Shown here in pieces: positions 39,079 through 48,588 of a DNA stretch of 64,000 bases. Source of the stretch: an uncultured Alteromonadaceae bacterium (GTDB lineage Bacteria; Pseudomonadota; Gammaproteobacteria; Pseudomonadales; Halieaceae); contig CAZPVJ010000013.1 of NCBI GenBank assembly GCA_964590005.1, positions 17,363-81,362 of the forward strand, in the 5' to 3' direction. Position 1 is the stretch's first letter; every line of letters begins with the position of its first letter. Under the pieces are notes generated by a model that worked only from the letters and a program-made list of their open reading frames with translations, did not search any database and was not told the DNA's origin. Position numbers and translations under genes: made by a program.

Positions 39079-39852
39079 ATGGCGACAATACTGCGTGAGG
39101 AAGTGACCGAGGTTCACCACTGGACGGATCGGCTGTTCAGCTTCAAGACTACTCGAAACCCGGGCTTTCGATTCAAGAACGGGCACTTCACAATGATTGG
39201 CCTGGAGCGCGAGGGAAAACCCTTGATGCGCGCCTACAGCATGGCCAGTGCCAACTATGAAGATGAGCTGGAGTTTTTCAGCATCAAGGTGCCGGATGGC
39301 CCGCTTACCTCAAAGCTGCAGAATATTCGGGTCGGGGATGAGCTACTGGTCAACAGCAAGGCGACAGGAACACTGGTCCTGGACCACTTGCTACCCGGCA
39401 GGAACCTGTACTTGATTGCTACCGGAACAGGGCTGGCGCCCTTCATGAGTATTATCAAGGATCCCGAAATCTACGAGGCTTTTGACAAGGTCATCCTGAC
39501 GCACGGATGTCGCACTGTGGACGAATTGGCCTACCAGGAGCTCATCACGCGGGAGTTACCCAACCACGAGTACCTCGGCGAGATCATCGCTGACAAACTG
39601 CTGTACTACCCTACAGTCACCCGGGAAAAGTTCCGCAACAACGGCCGACTCACAGACCTTTTACGCATAGGTAAACTACCCCGTGATCTCGGCCTGAACC
39701 CGATCAGTGTCGAACACGACCGCTTTATGATCTGCGGCAGCCCCAGCATGCTAAAAGACATCACCGGCATGCTGGACAGCCAGGGCTTTGCGGAGTCCAG
39801 GCACGGTGTAGCAGCCCACTACGTCATCGAGCGGGCTTTCGTCGAAAGCTGA
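39079..39852 (+). CDS. fpr: Ferredoxin--NADP(+) reductase
   Basis: MATILREEVTEVHHWTDRLFSFKTTRNPGFRFKNGHFTMIGL...RAYSMASANYEDELEFFSIKV...ATGTGLAPF. The ATG at 39079 fits the N-termini of Fpr proteins; an alternative ATG lies at 39061. Confidence 0.9.
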   Translation: MATILREEVTEVHHWTDRLFSFKTTRNPGFRFKNGHFTMIGLEREGKPLMRAYSMASANYEDELEFFSIKVPDGPLTSKLQNIRVGDELLVNSKATGTLVLDHLLPGRNLYLIATGTGLAPFMSIIKDPEIYEAFDKVILTHGCRTVDELAYQELITRELPNHEYLGEIIADKLLYYPTVTREKFRNNGRLTDLLRIGKLPRDLGLNPISVEHDRFMICGSPSMLKDITGMLDSQGFAESRHGVAAHYVIERAFVES

Positions 39853-39854
39853 TT

Positions 39855-41555
39855 TCAGCTTGCTTTGGCGACGTCCAGTGCGTCCCTGACCTGTGCCTTT
39901 ACGAACTTGCCGCTGGCGTTACGCGGCAGGGGCTCGTCGACAAACCAGATGTAGCGCGGGATCTTGAAAGAGGCCAACAAGCCCTTGAGGTGATCGCGCA
40001 GCGCATCGGCGGCCACTGAACTACCCGGCTTGCAGTAAACGGCCGTGCCCACCTCCTCGCCCAGGCGCTCGTCGGCCACCGCGAAAACCACGCACTCGGC
40101 CACTGCCTCGTGGGAAAAGATTGCGTTCTCCACCTCGGCGCAATATACATTCTCCCCACCGCGCAGCACCATATCCTTGGCTCGATCCACCAGGAAGATG
40201 AAGCCGTCTTCATCCATATAGGCGATGTCACCCGTGTGCAGCCAACCTTCCGTGATTGTCTCGGCAGTAGCCTCAGGTCGATTCAGATAACCTTTAATAA
40301 CCGATGCACCGCGCACCCATAGCTCACCAATCTCGCCCGGCGGCAGTGCATTACCGCTGGCATCAACACATTGCGCTTCCAGGGTCGGCACAGCCGGTCC
40401 CACACTTGCCGGACGATCGATAAAGAACTTCGATGACACCGCCGAAATGATCCCACAGACTTCGGTCATGCCGTAGCCCGTCGTGGGAGCGACGTCATCC
40501 ATGACCTTATCTACCTTGGCCACCAGGTCGGGCTGCATCGCGGCACCACCGCCGCCTATACCCTTGAGTGACGACAGGTCCCGGGTTTTCGCATCCGGAT
40601 GCATCAGCATTTCCCGCGTCATCATCGGCACGCCGGCAAACGAGGTAATTTGCTCTGCTTCGATTAGACGCAACGCCTCGCCGGCGTCCCATTTGTACAT
40701 GTGCACCATCTTGCCACCGGCCATCGCTACCACCTGTGCGACACAGTTGTTGGCTGTTACGTGAAACAGCGGCGTGGCCACAATGGCGCGCACGTCCGGT
40801 AATCCGGCAGGTGCGGCTGACTCGTCCCCGGCAGCAGCGGCCAGAGCCTTGGGTTGCACCAGGTTCATAAAGGCCATATTCATCACATTGGTGATGCAAC
40901 CCCGGTGTGTCAGCTGGGCGCCTTTGGGCGTGCCAGTTGTGCCGGAGGTATAGAAGATACAGGCATCGTCATCAGGATCTATGGTGGCGTCCGGCAATTC
41001 CGCCGGGGCATTAATCACCTCAACCCAGTCAATTGCCCATTCCGGAAGATCCTCTTCCATCCGTACCACGGTGACCTTAAGCTCCGGGAAATCATCACGG
41101 ATTTCAGCAAAACGCAGCATCCGTTCACGATCACAGATCAGCACCTTGGGGGCGGAATCCTGCAGGCCAAAGTTGAGTTCATGAGGTACCCACCAGGCGT
41201 TCACGCCAACGACGACGGCACCCAGGGAAGTAACAGCCCAGTAAGAAAGCATCCATTCGGGGTAGTTGCGCATGGCAATCGCAACCCGGTCACCGTGACC
41301 TACACCCTGTGATTGCAGCCAGTTGGCTATGGAGGCCACGTACTCATGGGCCTGCGTATAGCTACAGCGCTCCTCCTGGAACACCAGGTACTCCTTGTCG
41401 CCATGACCCGCTGTACTCAACCAGAGATCGCGCAGCGAGCCCGGTGCATGGGTATAACACCTGGCCGGGTAACCGCGGATTTCCTGCGTGGTGACTTCGA
41501 ACAACTGTCCGGGAGAGGTCATTTCCTCCCAAGCCTGCTTTAACTCCTGGTACAC
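39855..41555 (-). CDS. AMP-dependent acyl-CoA synthetase/ligase
   Basis: AMP-binding motif IFYTSGTTGTPKGAQL, YGMTE, GWLHTGDIAYMDEDGFIFLVDRAKD, and a C-terminal PRNASGKF. Confidence 0.9.
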   Translation of the reverse strand: MYQELKQAWEEMTSPGQLFEVTTQEIRGYPARCYTHAPGSLRDLWLSTAGHGDKEYLVFQEERCSYTQAHEYVASIANWLQSQGVGHGDRVAIAMRNYPEWMLSYWAVTSLGAVVVGVNAWWVPHELNFGLQDSAPKVLICDRERMLRFAEIRDDFPELKVTVVRMEEDLPEWAIDWVEVINAPAELPDATIDPDDDACIFYTSGTTGTPKGAQLTHRGCITNVMNMAFMNLVQPKALAAAAGDESAAPAGLPDVRAIVATPLFHVTANNCVAQVVAMAGGKMVHMYKWDAGEALRLIEAEQITSFAGVPMMTREMLMHPDAKTRDLSSLKGIGGGGAAMQPDLVAKVDKVMDDVAPTTGYGMTEVCGIISAVSSKFFIDRPASVGPAVPTLEAQCVDASGNALPPGEIGELWVRGASVIKGYLNRPEATAETITEGWLHTGDIAYMDEDGFIFLVDRAKDMVLRGGENVYCAEVENAIFSHEAVAECVVFAVADERLGEEVGTAVYCKPGSSVAADALRDHLKGLLASFKIPRYIWFVDEPLPRNASGKFVKAQVRDALDVAKAS

Positions 41556-41742
41556 GGCAAATCCTTACTTATATCATTATGGGCCCGAAAGCGTAGCGCC
41601 GCAGAGGCGCAAGTTCAATGCCCTGAGGGTGTCGCTTTGCGTCTATTTTTTTGATCCCGGACGCCATTGCCCCTACACTGCCTGTCCCACAGAATTACCT
41701 GCCTTCACCGGCAGTGAGCGTAGCTGAGATAAGAGGACACCC

Positions 41743-42768
41743 ATGAGCACCCAGACGCTGGATACCGCCAGGCTCTCAGAGTACCTGAAGGGACGCATTC
41801 CTGACTTTCCTGGCGAGGTAAGTGCCGAGAAGTTTGCCGGCGGCCAGTCCAACCCCACCTTCAAAATTACGGCTGGCGAGCATGACTATGTACTCAGGCG
41901 CAAGCCGCCCGGTGAACTACTGGCCTCCGCCCATGCAGTTGACCGCGAATTCCGGGTGATCAGCGCGCTCGGCGGAACCGACGTACCGGTACCCAAAACG
42001 TTTCTGCTGTGCGATGACGATAGCGTGGTCGGCTCCATGTTCTATTTGATGGAGTACCTGGAGGGGCGCGTATTCTGGGACCCAACCCTGCCCGAAGTCA
42101 GCGACAACAGCGAGCGCGCCGCGATCTACGACGATATGAACCGGGTACTCGCCGCCCTGCACACGGTAGACGTAGACGCCGTCGGCCTCAGCGACTTTGG
42201 CCGGCCGGGCAACTATTTTGAGCGCCAGGTAAACCGCTGGACCAAGCAGTACCGGGCCTCCGAAACAGAGCACAGCGAGGCCATGGAGACATTGATCAGC
42301 TGGCTGCCGACCCATATGCCGCCCGACGACGGTGCCAACGGCCTGGTGCACGGGGATTACCGCCTGGACAATGTCATGTTTCATCCCACTGAACCAAGAA
42401 TCATCGCCGTGCTGGACTGGGAGCTGTCAACCCTGGGTCACCCCCTGGCCGACCTGGCCTACCAGGTGATGGCCTGGCAATTGCCGGGAGACGGGAGCCT
42501 GCGCGGCATGATGGACGTTAATCGCGCCGACTACGGAATCCCGAGTGACCAGGAGTACATTGATCGCTATTGCGAGCGCACCGGCCGCAGCTCTATCGAC
42601 AACTGGAATTTTTACCTGGTGTTCTGCTTTTTCCGCCTCGCTGCCATTCTGCAGGGCGTCAAGAAACGGGCACTGATCGGCACTGCATCGAGCGCTGAGG
42701 CCGAAGCGAAAGGCGCCATGGTAGAGGGTCTTGCCCAATACGGCGTTCACTACATCAATCAAGCATAA
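41743..42768 (+). CDS. Aminoglycoside-phosphotransferase-fold kinase (ACAD10/11 N-terminal-domain-like, LvaA-like)
   Basis: FAGGQSNPTFKI (nucleotide-binding loop), catalytic loop LVHGDYRLDNVMF, and VLDWELSTLGHPLADL. Confidence 0.8.
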   Translation: MSTQTLDTARLSEYLKGRIPDFPGEVSAEKFAGGQSNPTFKITAGEHDYVLRRKPPGELLASAHAVDREFRVISALGGTDVPVPKTFLLCDDDSVVGSMFYLMEYLEGRVFWDPTLPEVSDNSERAAIYDDMNRVLAALHTVDVDAVGLSDFGRPGNYFERQVNRWTKQYRASETEHSEAMETLISWLPTHMPPDDGANGLVHGDYRLDNVMFHPTEPRIIAVLDWELSTLGHPLADLAYQVMAWQLPGDGSLRGMMDVNRADYGIPSDQEYIDRYCERTGRSSIDNWNFYLVFCFFRLAAILQGVKKRALIGTASSAEAEAKGAMVEGLAQYGVHYINQA

Positions 42769-42781
42769 AGGAAAGCAACCC

Positions 42782-43546
42782 ATGGGAAATGAAGTACTAA
42801 CCAGCGCCGAGGACGGCGTACTCACAATTACCCTCAATCGTCCGGAGGCGAAAAACGCTGCCAACCGGGCCCTCGCCGAGGGAGTCGCTGCTGCCGTTGA
42901 CGAGCTGGAAGCAAATGACGACCTGCGGGTCGCGATTCTTACCGGCGCAGGCGGTACCTTCTGCTCGGGTATGGACCTGAAGGCCTTTGTCACCGGCGAA
43001 TTACCCCAGGTTGAAGGACGCGGCTTTGGTGGTTTCACCGAGTACCGCGCGAGTAAGCCGATCATTGCCGCGGTTGAAGGCTATGCACTTGCCGGCGGAT
43101 TCGAACTGGCAATCAGTTGCGATCTCATCGTCGCGGCGGAGGACTCCAAGTTCGGTATCCCCGAGGTAAAGCGTGGCCTCGCAGCCGCCGCGGGTGGTCT
43201 CGCCAAGCTGCCAAAGCAGATCTCCTCCCGGATCGCCATGGAACTGGCACTGACCGGTGATTTCATCAGTGCCCAGCGTGCCTACGAACTGGGCCTCATC
43301 AATGAGGTGGTCGCATCGGGTGGCGCACTGGAGGCTGCCAAGGCGCTGGCTGCCAGGATTGCCGCCAATGGACCGCTGGCTATCGCCGCCAGCATGCAGG
43401 TTGTCGCGGCGGCCCAGGACTGGACCACGGACGAGATGATGGAAAAGCAGAACAAGATCCTCAATCCGGTCTTCGTCAGTGAGGACGCCATCGAAGGCGC
43501 CACCGCATTCGCCGAGAAACGCGCGCCTAACTGGAAAGGCAAATAG
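42782..43546 (+). CDS. Enoyl-CoA hydratase/isomerase family protein
   Basis: LNRPEAKNA, VAILTGAGGTFCSGMDL, PIIAAVEGYALAGGFELA. The track ORF start (42731) lies inside the kinase gene. Confidence 0.9.
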   Translation: MGNEVLTSAEDGVLTITLNRPEAKNAANRALAEGVAAAVDELEANDDLRVAILTGAGGTFCSGMDLKAFVTGELPQVEGRGFGGFTEYRASKPIIAAVEGYALAGGFELAISCDLIVAAEDSKFGIPEVKRGLAAAAGGLAKLPKQISSRIAMELALTGDFISAQRAYELGLINEVVASGGALEAAKALAARIAANGPLAIAASMQVVAAAQDWTTDEMMEKQNKILNPVFVSEDAIEGATAFAEKRAPNWKGK

Positions 43547-43557
43547 GAGCTACCACT

Positions 43558-44790
43558 ATGTCAGAAGCATGGATTATCGACGCCTGCCGCACCCCTCGTG
43601 GCATTGGCAAACGTGGCAAGGGCGCACTGGCGGAAGAACACCCGCAACACCTGGGCGCCACCGTTCTCAAGGCAATCGCCGAACGCAACAGCCTCAATAC
43701 CGCCGAGGTCGACGACATCATATTCGGCACCAGCTCACAGCGTGGCCAGCAGGGTGGTGACCTCGCCCGCATGGCAGCACTGGACGCCGGCTATGACACC
43801 CTGTCTTCCGGTGTAACACTGGATCGCTTCTGCGGCTCGGGCATTACCAGCGTCAACCTGGCGGCAGCGACCATCATGTCCGGTATGGAAGACCTGGTGA
43901 TCGGCGGCGGCTGCGAGATGATGTCGACCTACGGCCAGGGCGGCGGCCAGTCACCGTTTATCGACAGCGATAACCTGCGGTTGCGCGAGATTCATCCGCA
44001 GCCACACCAGGGTGTTTGTGCCGATGCCATCGCCACGCTCGAAGGTATAGACCGAGAGGCTGTGGACAGCCTGGCAGTGGTGTCTCAGCAACGAGCGGCA
44101 AACGCCATCAATAATGGTCACTTCGATCGCAGCCTGGTACCCGTTCACAAGCCCGATGGCACCCTGGCCCTGGATCATGAGGAATTCCCACGACCCAACA
44201 CAACACTGGCAAGCCTGAGCGAGCTAAAGCCTTCTTTTGAAGCGCTTGCAGACTACCCGCTGGACGAGGCCGGCACCACTTTTCGCGGCCTGGTATTGCA
44301 AAAGTATCCGGACCTGAAGATCAACCACGTCCATCACGCGGGTAACTCGTCGGGCGTAGTAGACGGCGCCGCGGCGGTACTGCTTGCCTCACCCGATTAC
44401 GCCCAGGCCAATGGCCTGAAACCGCGCGCCAGGATTGTAGCCATGGCGAATATGGGCGATTCGCCCACGTTGATGCTGAATGCTCCCGTGCCCGCCGCCA
44501 GGAAAGTCCTGGCCAAGGCCGGCCTGCAGCTGAGCGATATCGACCTCTTCGAGATCAACGAGGCTTTCTCGGTAGTGGCGGAAAAGTTTATTCGTGATCT
44601 CGATCTGGACAGGGACAAGGTCAATGTCAACGGCGGGGCTATGGCACTGGGGCACCCTATCGGCGCTACGGGCTCGATCCTGATTGGCACCGTGCTCGAC
44701 GAGCTCGAGCGCCAGGACAAGCAATTTGGCCTGGTAACCATGTGCGCCGCAGGCGGCATGGCCCCGGCGATCATCATCGAACGGGTTTGA
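43558..44790 (+). CDS. Acetyl-CoA C-acyltransferase (degradative thiolase)
   Basis: 410 aa. LDRFCGSG (nucleophilic Cys), NVNGGAMALGHPIGATG, MCAAGGM. Confidence 0.9.
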   Translation: MSEAWIIDACRTPRGIGKRGKGALAEEHPQHLGATVLKAIAERNSLNTAEVDDIIFGTSSQRGQQGGDLARMAALDAGYDTLSSGVTLDRFCGSGITSVNLAAATIMSGMEDLVIGGGCEMMSTYGQGGGQSPFIDSDNLRLREIHPQPHQGVCADAIATLEGIDREAVDSLAVVSQQRAANAINNGHFDRSLVPVHKPDGTLALDHEEFPRPNTTLASLSELKPSFEALADYPLDEAGTTFRGLVLQKYPDLKINHVHHAGNSSGVVDGAAAVLLASPDYAQANGLKPRARIVAMANMGDSPTLMLNAPVPAARKVLAKAGLQLSDIDLFEINEAFSVVAEKFIRDLDLDRDKVNVNGGAMALGHPIGATGSILIGTVLDELERQDKQFGLVTMCAAGGMAPAIIIERV

Positions 44791-44800
44791 CCGGTACTGT

Positions 44801-44831
44801 GAAGCTGCCCGTTGCGTCAGCGGGCAGCTTC
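44801..44831. terminator. 11-bp perfect stem-loop between convergent genes (GAAGCTGCCCG-N9-CGGGCAGCTTC), with no clear U-tract
   Basis: Read directly from the sequence. It sits between the thiolase stop (44790) and the convergent gene stop (44839). Confidence 0.45.
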
Positions 44832-44838
44832 GGCCAGT

Positions 44839-46389
44839 TCAATTAGCGGCGAACCGGAAGCGGTTGCCTGCCTCCAAGGTCTCCACCTCGCCACGAAGCC
44901 CCAGCAAATCAGCGGATGCCAGCAATCTCGCTGTCGGCGCATGCTCACTGTCCGCGACTGCCAGGAAGCGCTCGTTAGTGGCGTCCAGCCTGCCCACGAT
45001 TATGCCGTGCATGCCCTCCCCCGCGGGTAATACCGTGTAGGATTCCACCACGGCGGCGCCTACAGGTCGCTCGGTAAATGGCGCTGGCGGCACCGCATCG
45101 GTTTCGCGCTGCAGGTCACTGCTGTCAAACGACTCCCAATGGGCAACGGGGCGCGTTGAGTACACGCCCACAGAATGCTTGGACAGGAAGCCACCATTGG
45201 CACCCACTACCCCATAGCTACCCGGGTCGGCGCGCAGCCGTTCCACCATGGAGGCGATGGCGTGCATGGAATAGTTATTACCGGGACCGCCAAAAAACGG
45301 CAAACCGCCCGTCACGGTAAAAGGTCGTGGGTCATCGACGGTCAGGCCCAGTCCATCCATGGCACTGAAAACCGCTATCGGGAAACAACTGTAAAGATCA
45401 AAGTAACTGACCTCATCGACACTGATCCCGGCGCGCGACAAGGCCGCCTTGTAGGCGTTAACCATGGCAGGCGACGCGCCCAGGTCCGGTCGTTGGTCTA
45501 TGCCCTTTTCCTTGAGGTCAGCCTGCCCGTGCAGGAAAACCCACTGACTTTCAGCTATACCCAGTTCCCTGGCGCAGGCCACCGAGGTCAGCACGACCGC
45601 CGCTCCCTGATTGACACCATCGCGGGCCACCATATGCCGCAGGTACGGGTCAGCAATCAATCGGTTACGGGGGCCCAGGGTCGCAATATCATCGGCGGAC
45701 AATGCAGTTCGTGACATTGCGTATTCGTTGTCAACCGCGACCTTGTTGTAGCGGGCAAAGAGCTCTCCCATGGCCGCGTTGTAGTCCTCCCGACTGAGTG
45801 CCAGGCGGGCCCGGCGTGCATGTTCAAACAACGGGTAAATCTCAATCGGTCGGCGCAGGGAGTTGTCTGCCATATGCTGGGTTTGCAACGCTGTAAAACC
45901 CGGATCCCGGACCTCACAGGCGCCTTGACTGTGTTCAGTCCAGTCGAGCGTCTGGCCACTGCGCTGGGCCCGGCGCTGACTGGCTGCTGCCTCGGCACCG
46001 CACAGTACGACCAGTTTGTGCTCTCCCCGGGCAATCGCATCGCCCGTCTCCGCGACCAACCGCTGTGGTTCGTTACCACAGGCAGCGGAATAAATCGTCT
46101 GCCTGGGGTCTATGCCCATCGCGTGAGTCACCGCACGGGGAAACAGGTCGGGACCGCCAAACGGTGCCACCAGTGGTTTAATCACCTCAGCGACTGAATC
46201 CACCGCCAGCGGCACCGCCGTCAGGCAGTCAACCTTGTCAGCGAGGTCAACAATGCCGGTATCAGCCAGTGCAGCCTCGGCCGCGCGGGCCGCCAGGTTC
46301 TGCGGCGGCATAGCGCTATAGTCGAGTTGATCCAGATGTTCGGTGAACTGGCCAACCCCTACGATGATGGGTGTGTCGGCGATTGTCAT
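44839..46389 (-). CDS. Thiolase-fold protein with a C-terminal extension of about 110-120 aa
   Basis: 516 aa. It has an SCP-x/nonspecific-lipid-transfer-type thiolase-like layout (IIVGVGQF..., YDLYSCFP, GGLPFFGGPGNNYSMH) and then an extra domain (VAHWESF...VVESYTVLP...GIIVGRL). Its start overlaps the upstream stop in an ATGA at 46386..46389. Confidence 0.7.
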   Translation of the reverse strand: MTIADTPIIVGVGQFTEHLDQLDYSAMPPQNLAARAAEAALADTGIVDLADKVDCLTAVPLAVDSVAEVIKPLVAPFGGPDLFPRAVTHAMGIDPRQTIYSAACGNEPQRLVAETGDAIARGEHKLVVLCGAEAAASQRRAQRSGQTLDWTEHSQGACEVRDPGFTALQTQHMADNSLRRPIEIYPLFEHARRARLALSREDYNAAMGELFARYNKVAVDNEYAMSRTALSADDIATLGPRNRLIADPYLRHMVARDGVNQGAAVVLTSVACARELGIAESQWVFLHGQADLKEKGIDQRPDLGASPAMVNAYKAALSRAGISVDEVSYFDLYSCFPIAVFSAMDGLGLTVDDPRPFTVTGGLPFFGGPGNNYSMHAIASMVERLRADPGSYGVVGANGGFLSKHSVGVYSTRPVAHWESFDSSDLQRETDAVPPAPFTERPVGAAVVESYTVLPAGEGMHGIIVGRLDATNERFLAVADSEHAPTARLLASADLLGLRGEVETLEAGNRFRFAAN

Positions 46390-48551
46390 GCGCCCTTGAA
46401 GCCTTTGCCACGCTGCCAGTTATGGAATTTTTCTACCCAGGCCAGCAAACCCTGGGGTGCGTTTGCGCGTTTCCAGTTTCCGGCGACAAACTTGTTTGCC
46501 TCCATCAAGGTTGGATAAATATGAATGGTGCCGAGGATCTTGTTGAGACCCAGGTCGTGCCGCATCGCAGTAATGAACTCCGCTATGAGTTCTCCGGCGT
46601 GCTCGCCGACAATAGTCGCGCCAAGGATACGGTCCTTGCCCGGCACCGTCAGCACCTTGACGAACCCGTGAGCCTCCTCGTCGGCTATCGCGCGATCGAG
46701 ATCATCAAGGCCGTAGGTAGTCGCCTCGTAGGCAATACCCTGGGCGTTTGCCTCCTGCTCGTTGAGGCCCACACGCGCCACTTCGGGTTCAGTAAATGTC
46801 GCCGCCGGTATTACCGAGTAATCAACCTTGAAGCGGCGGAAACTACCAAACAAGGCATTCACCGATGCGTACCAGGCCTGGTGCGAGGCAGTGTGGGTAA
46901 ACTGGTAGGGACCGGCGACGTCGCCACAGGCGTAGATATTCGGGTAGCGGGTCTGCAGGTATTCGTTAACCTCGATGGTACCGTCCGGATTGAGCGGCAC
47001 GCCGAGTTCCTCCAGGCCGAAGCCTGTGACATTGGCCTGGCGGCCCGTGGCCACCAGTAGCGCATCGAAGCGAATCTCTACCTGCTCCCCGTTGTGCTCG
47101 CAAATGAGTTTGCGTCCCTGCTGATCCTCTACAAACTCGAGCATGGCGTGATCCAGTCGAAGATCGACGCCTTCGGCACGGAAGCGCTCCTGTACCAACT
47201 CGGAAACCTCCGGATCTTCCTTGCGCATCAGTCGCGGGCCTCGCAAAACCTGGATAACCTGCACACCGAGCCGGCAAAAACTCTGGGCCAGTTCGCAGCC
47301 GACCGGCCCGCCACCCAATACCATCAAGCGGCCCGGGTTTTCCCGGAGTTCCCAGATCGTGTCTGAGGTATAAGGCTGCATGGACTCGATATTCGGCACC
47401 GGGGGAATCGCCGGCCGGGCACCCGTAGCAACAACGATATTGCGTGTACTTATTGTGCGACCGCCGACCTCAACTTCGTAGGGGCTGTTTATCCTGGCGG
47501 CCCCGGAGACGCAGTCAACGCCGAGATCCGTGAAACGCTCCACGGAGTCATGCGGCTCGATAGTCTTGATCACACGTTGAACGCGCTCCATGACATCGGA
47601 AAATTCAAATTGCACCTCGGCACTGGCTATACCGAGCTCCTGGCAACGTCGACTCTCTGCCAGGAATCGGGCAGAGCGGATCAGGGACTTGGATGGCACG
47701 CAGCCAGTATTCAGGCAATCACCACCCATCCGGTGTTTCTCAATCAGTGTGACCCGAGCTTTCACCGCCGCAGCGATCAATGAACTGACCAATCCTGCGG
47801 AGCCGGCACCAATCACCACCATGTTGGTATCAAAGTGCCTGGGGCGCTCAAAACCTGCATAGACCCTGCGCGCGGCGATTTTGCCGACCACCGCCTTGGC
47901 CAACAGGGGAAACACCCCCAACAGTACGAATGACAGGATGATGCCCGGTGACAGGATGCCAGACAGCGATTCCAGCTGGCCCAGCTGCGTGCCGGCGTTC
48001 ACGTATACCACCGTGCCGGCCAGCATCCCAAGCTGGCTCACCCAGTAAAAGGTGACAGTCCGGATGGGTACCAGACCCATCACCAGGTTAATAACGAAAA
48101 AAGGGAACACCGGCACCAGGCGGAGGGTGAACAGGTACAGCGCGCCCTCTCGCTCCACACCCTTGTTTATGGCGCTAAGATGGTGAGCGAAACGATTCTG
48201 AACTGCATCACGCAGTACGTAGCGCGAGAACAGGAAAGCCAGTGTTGCACCGAGACTGCTGGCAAACGATACCAGCAAGGTGCCAACCCATAAGCCAAAC
48301 AAAGCACCGGCCGCCAGGGTCATGATCGCCGCCCCGGGTAGTGACAGTCCGGTCACTGCTACGTAGATGGCAAAAAACGCCATGATCGTCAGCCAGGGGT
48401 TTTCCTGGTAGAAAGCGTCAAAGCGGGCCTGGTTAGATTTAAAGTATTCCAGGTTGAAATACTGGCCGAGATCCAGCAGGAAGAAAGCGGTTACCAGGAC
48501 CAACAATCCCAGCAACACAGCCACTTGTTTTTTTCCCATCGCGCCTAACAC
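46386..48551 (-). CDS. Fusion protein: N-terminal TVP38/TMEM64 (DedA/SNARE-associated) membrane domain plus C-terminal class-I pyridine nucleotide-disulfide oxidoreductase
   Basis: The N-terminal ~230 aa are multi-TM. They are followed by VVIGAGSAGL (FAD), the redox disulfide CLNTGCVPSK, VLGGGPVGCELAQ (NAD(P)) and a C-terminal HIYPTLME active-site His-Glu region. Confidence 0.85.
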   Translation of the reverse strand: MLGAMGKKQVAVLLGLLVLVTAFFLLDLGQYFNLEYFKSNQARFDAFYQENPWLTIMAFFAIYVAVTGLSLPGAAIMTLAAGALFGLWVGTLLVSFASSLGATLAFLFSRYVLRDAVQNRFAHHLSAINKGVEREGALYLFTLRLVPVFPFFVINLVMGLVPIRTVTFYWVSQLGMLAGTVVYVNAGTQLGQLESLSGILSPGIILSFVLLGVFPLLAKAVVGKIAARRVYAGFERPRHFDTNMVVIGAGSAGLVSSLIAAAVKARVTLIEKHRMGGDCLNTGCVPSKSLIRSARFLAESRRCQELGIASAEVQFEFSDVMERVQRVIKTIEPHDSVERFTDLGVDCVSGAARINSPYEVEVGGRTISTRNIVVATGARPAIPPVPNIESMQPYTSDTIWELRENPGRLMVLGGGPVGCELAQSFCRLGVQVIQVLRGPRLMRKEDPEVSELVQERFRAEGVDLRLDHAMLEFVEDQQGRKLICEHNGEQVEIRFDALLVATGRQANVTGFGLEELGVPLNPDGTIEVNEYLQTRYPNIYACGDVAGPYQFTHTASHQAWYASVNALFGSFRRFKVDYSVIPAATFTEPEVARVGLNEQEANAQGIAYEATTYGLDDLDRAIADEEAHGFVKVLTVPGKDRILGATIVGEHAGELIAEFITAMRHDLGLNKILGTIHIYPTLMEANKFVAGNWKRANAPQGLLAWVEKFHNWQRGKGFKGA

Positions 48552-48588
48552 TCCTTCGGTTGCAGTAGCTGACCGAATAGTGCGTTGA

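Noticed and set aside
6268-43546. Apparent N-terminally extended or fused proteins in the ORF track (6268..7137, 10724..11314, 15680..17917, 33308..34636, 38938..39852, 42731..43546, 50472..51572)
   Set aside because: The extensions run through the neighbouring gene or its antisense strand. Internal starts (6646, 10895, 15908, 33635, 39079, 42782, 50568) give proteins with normal family-typical N-termini. I found no evidence for real fusions or pseudogenes.
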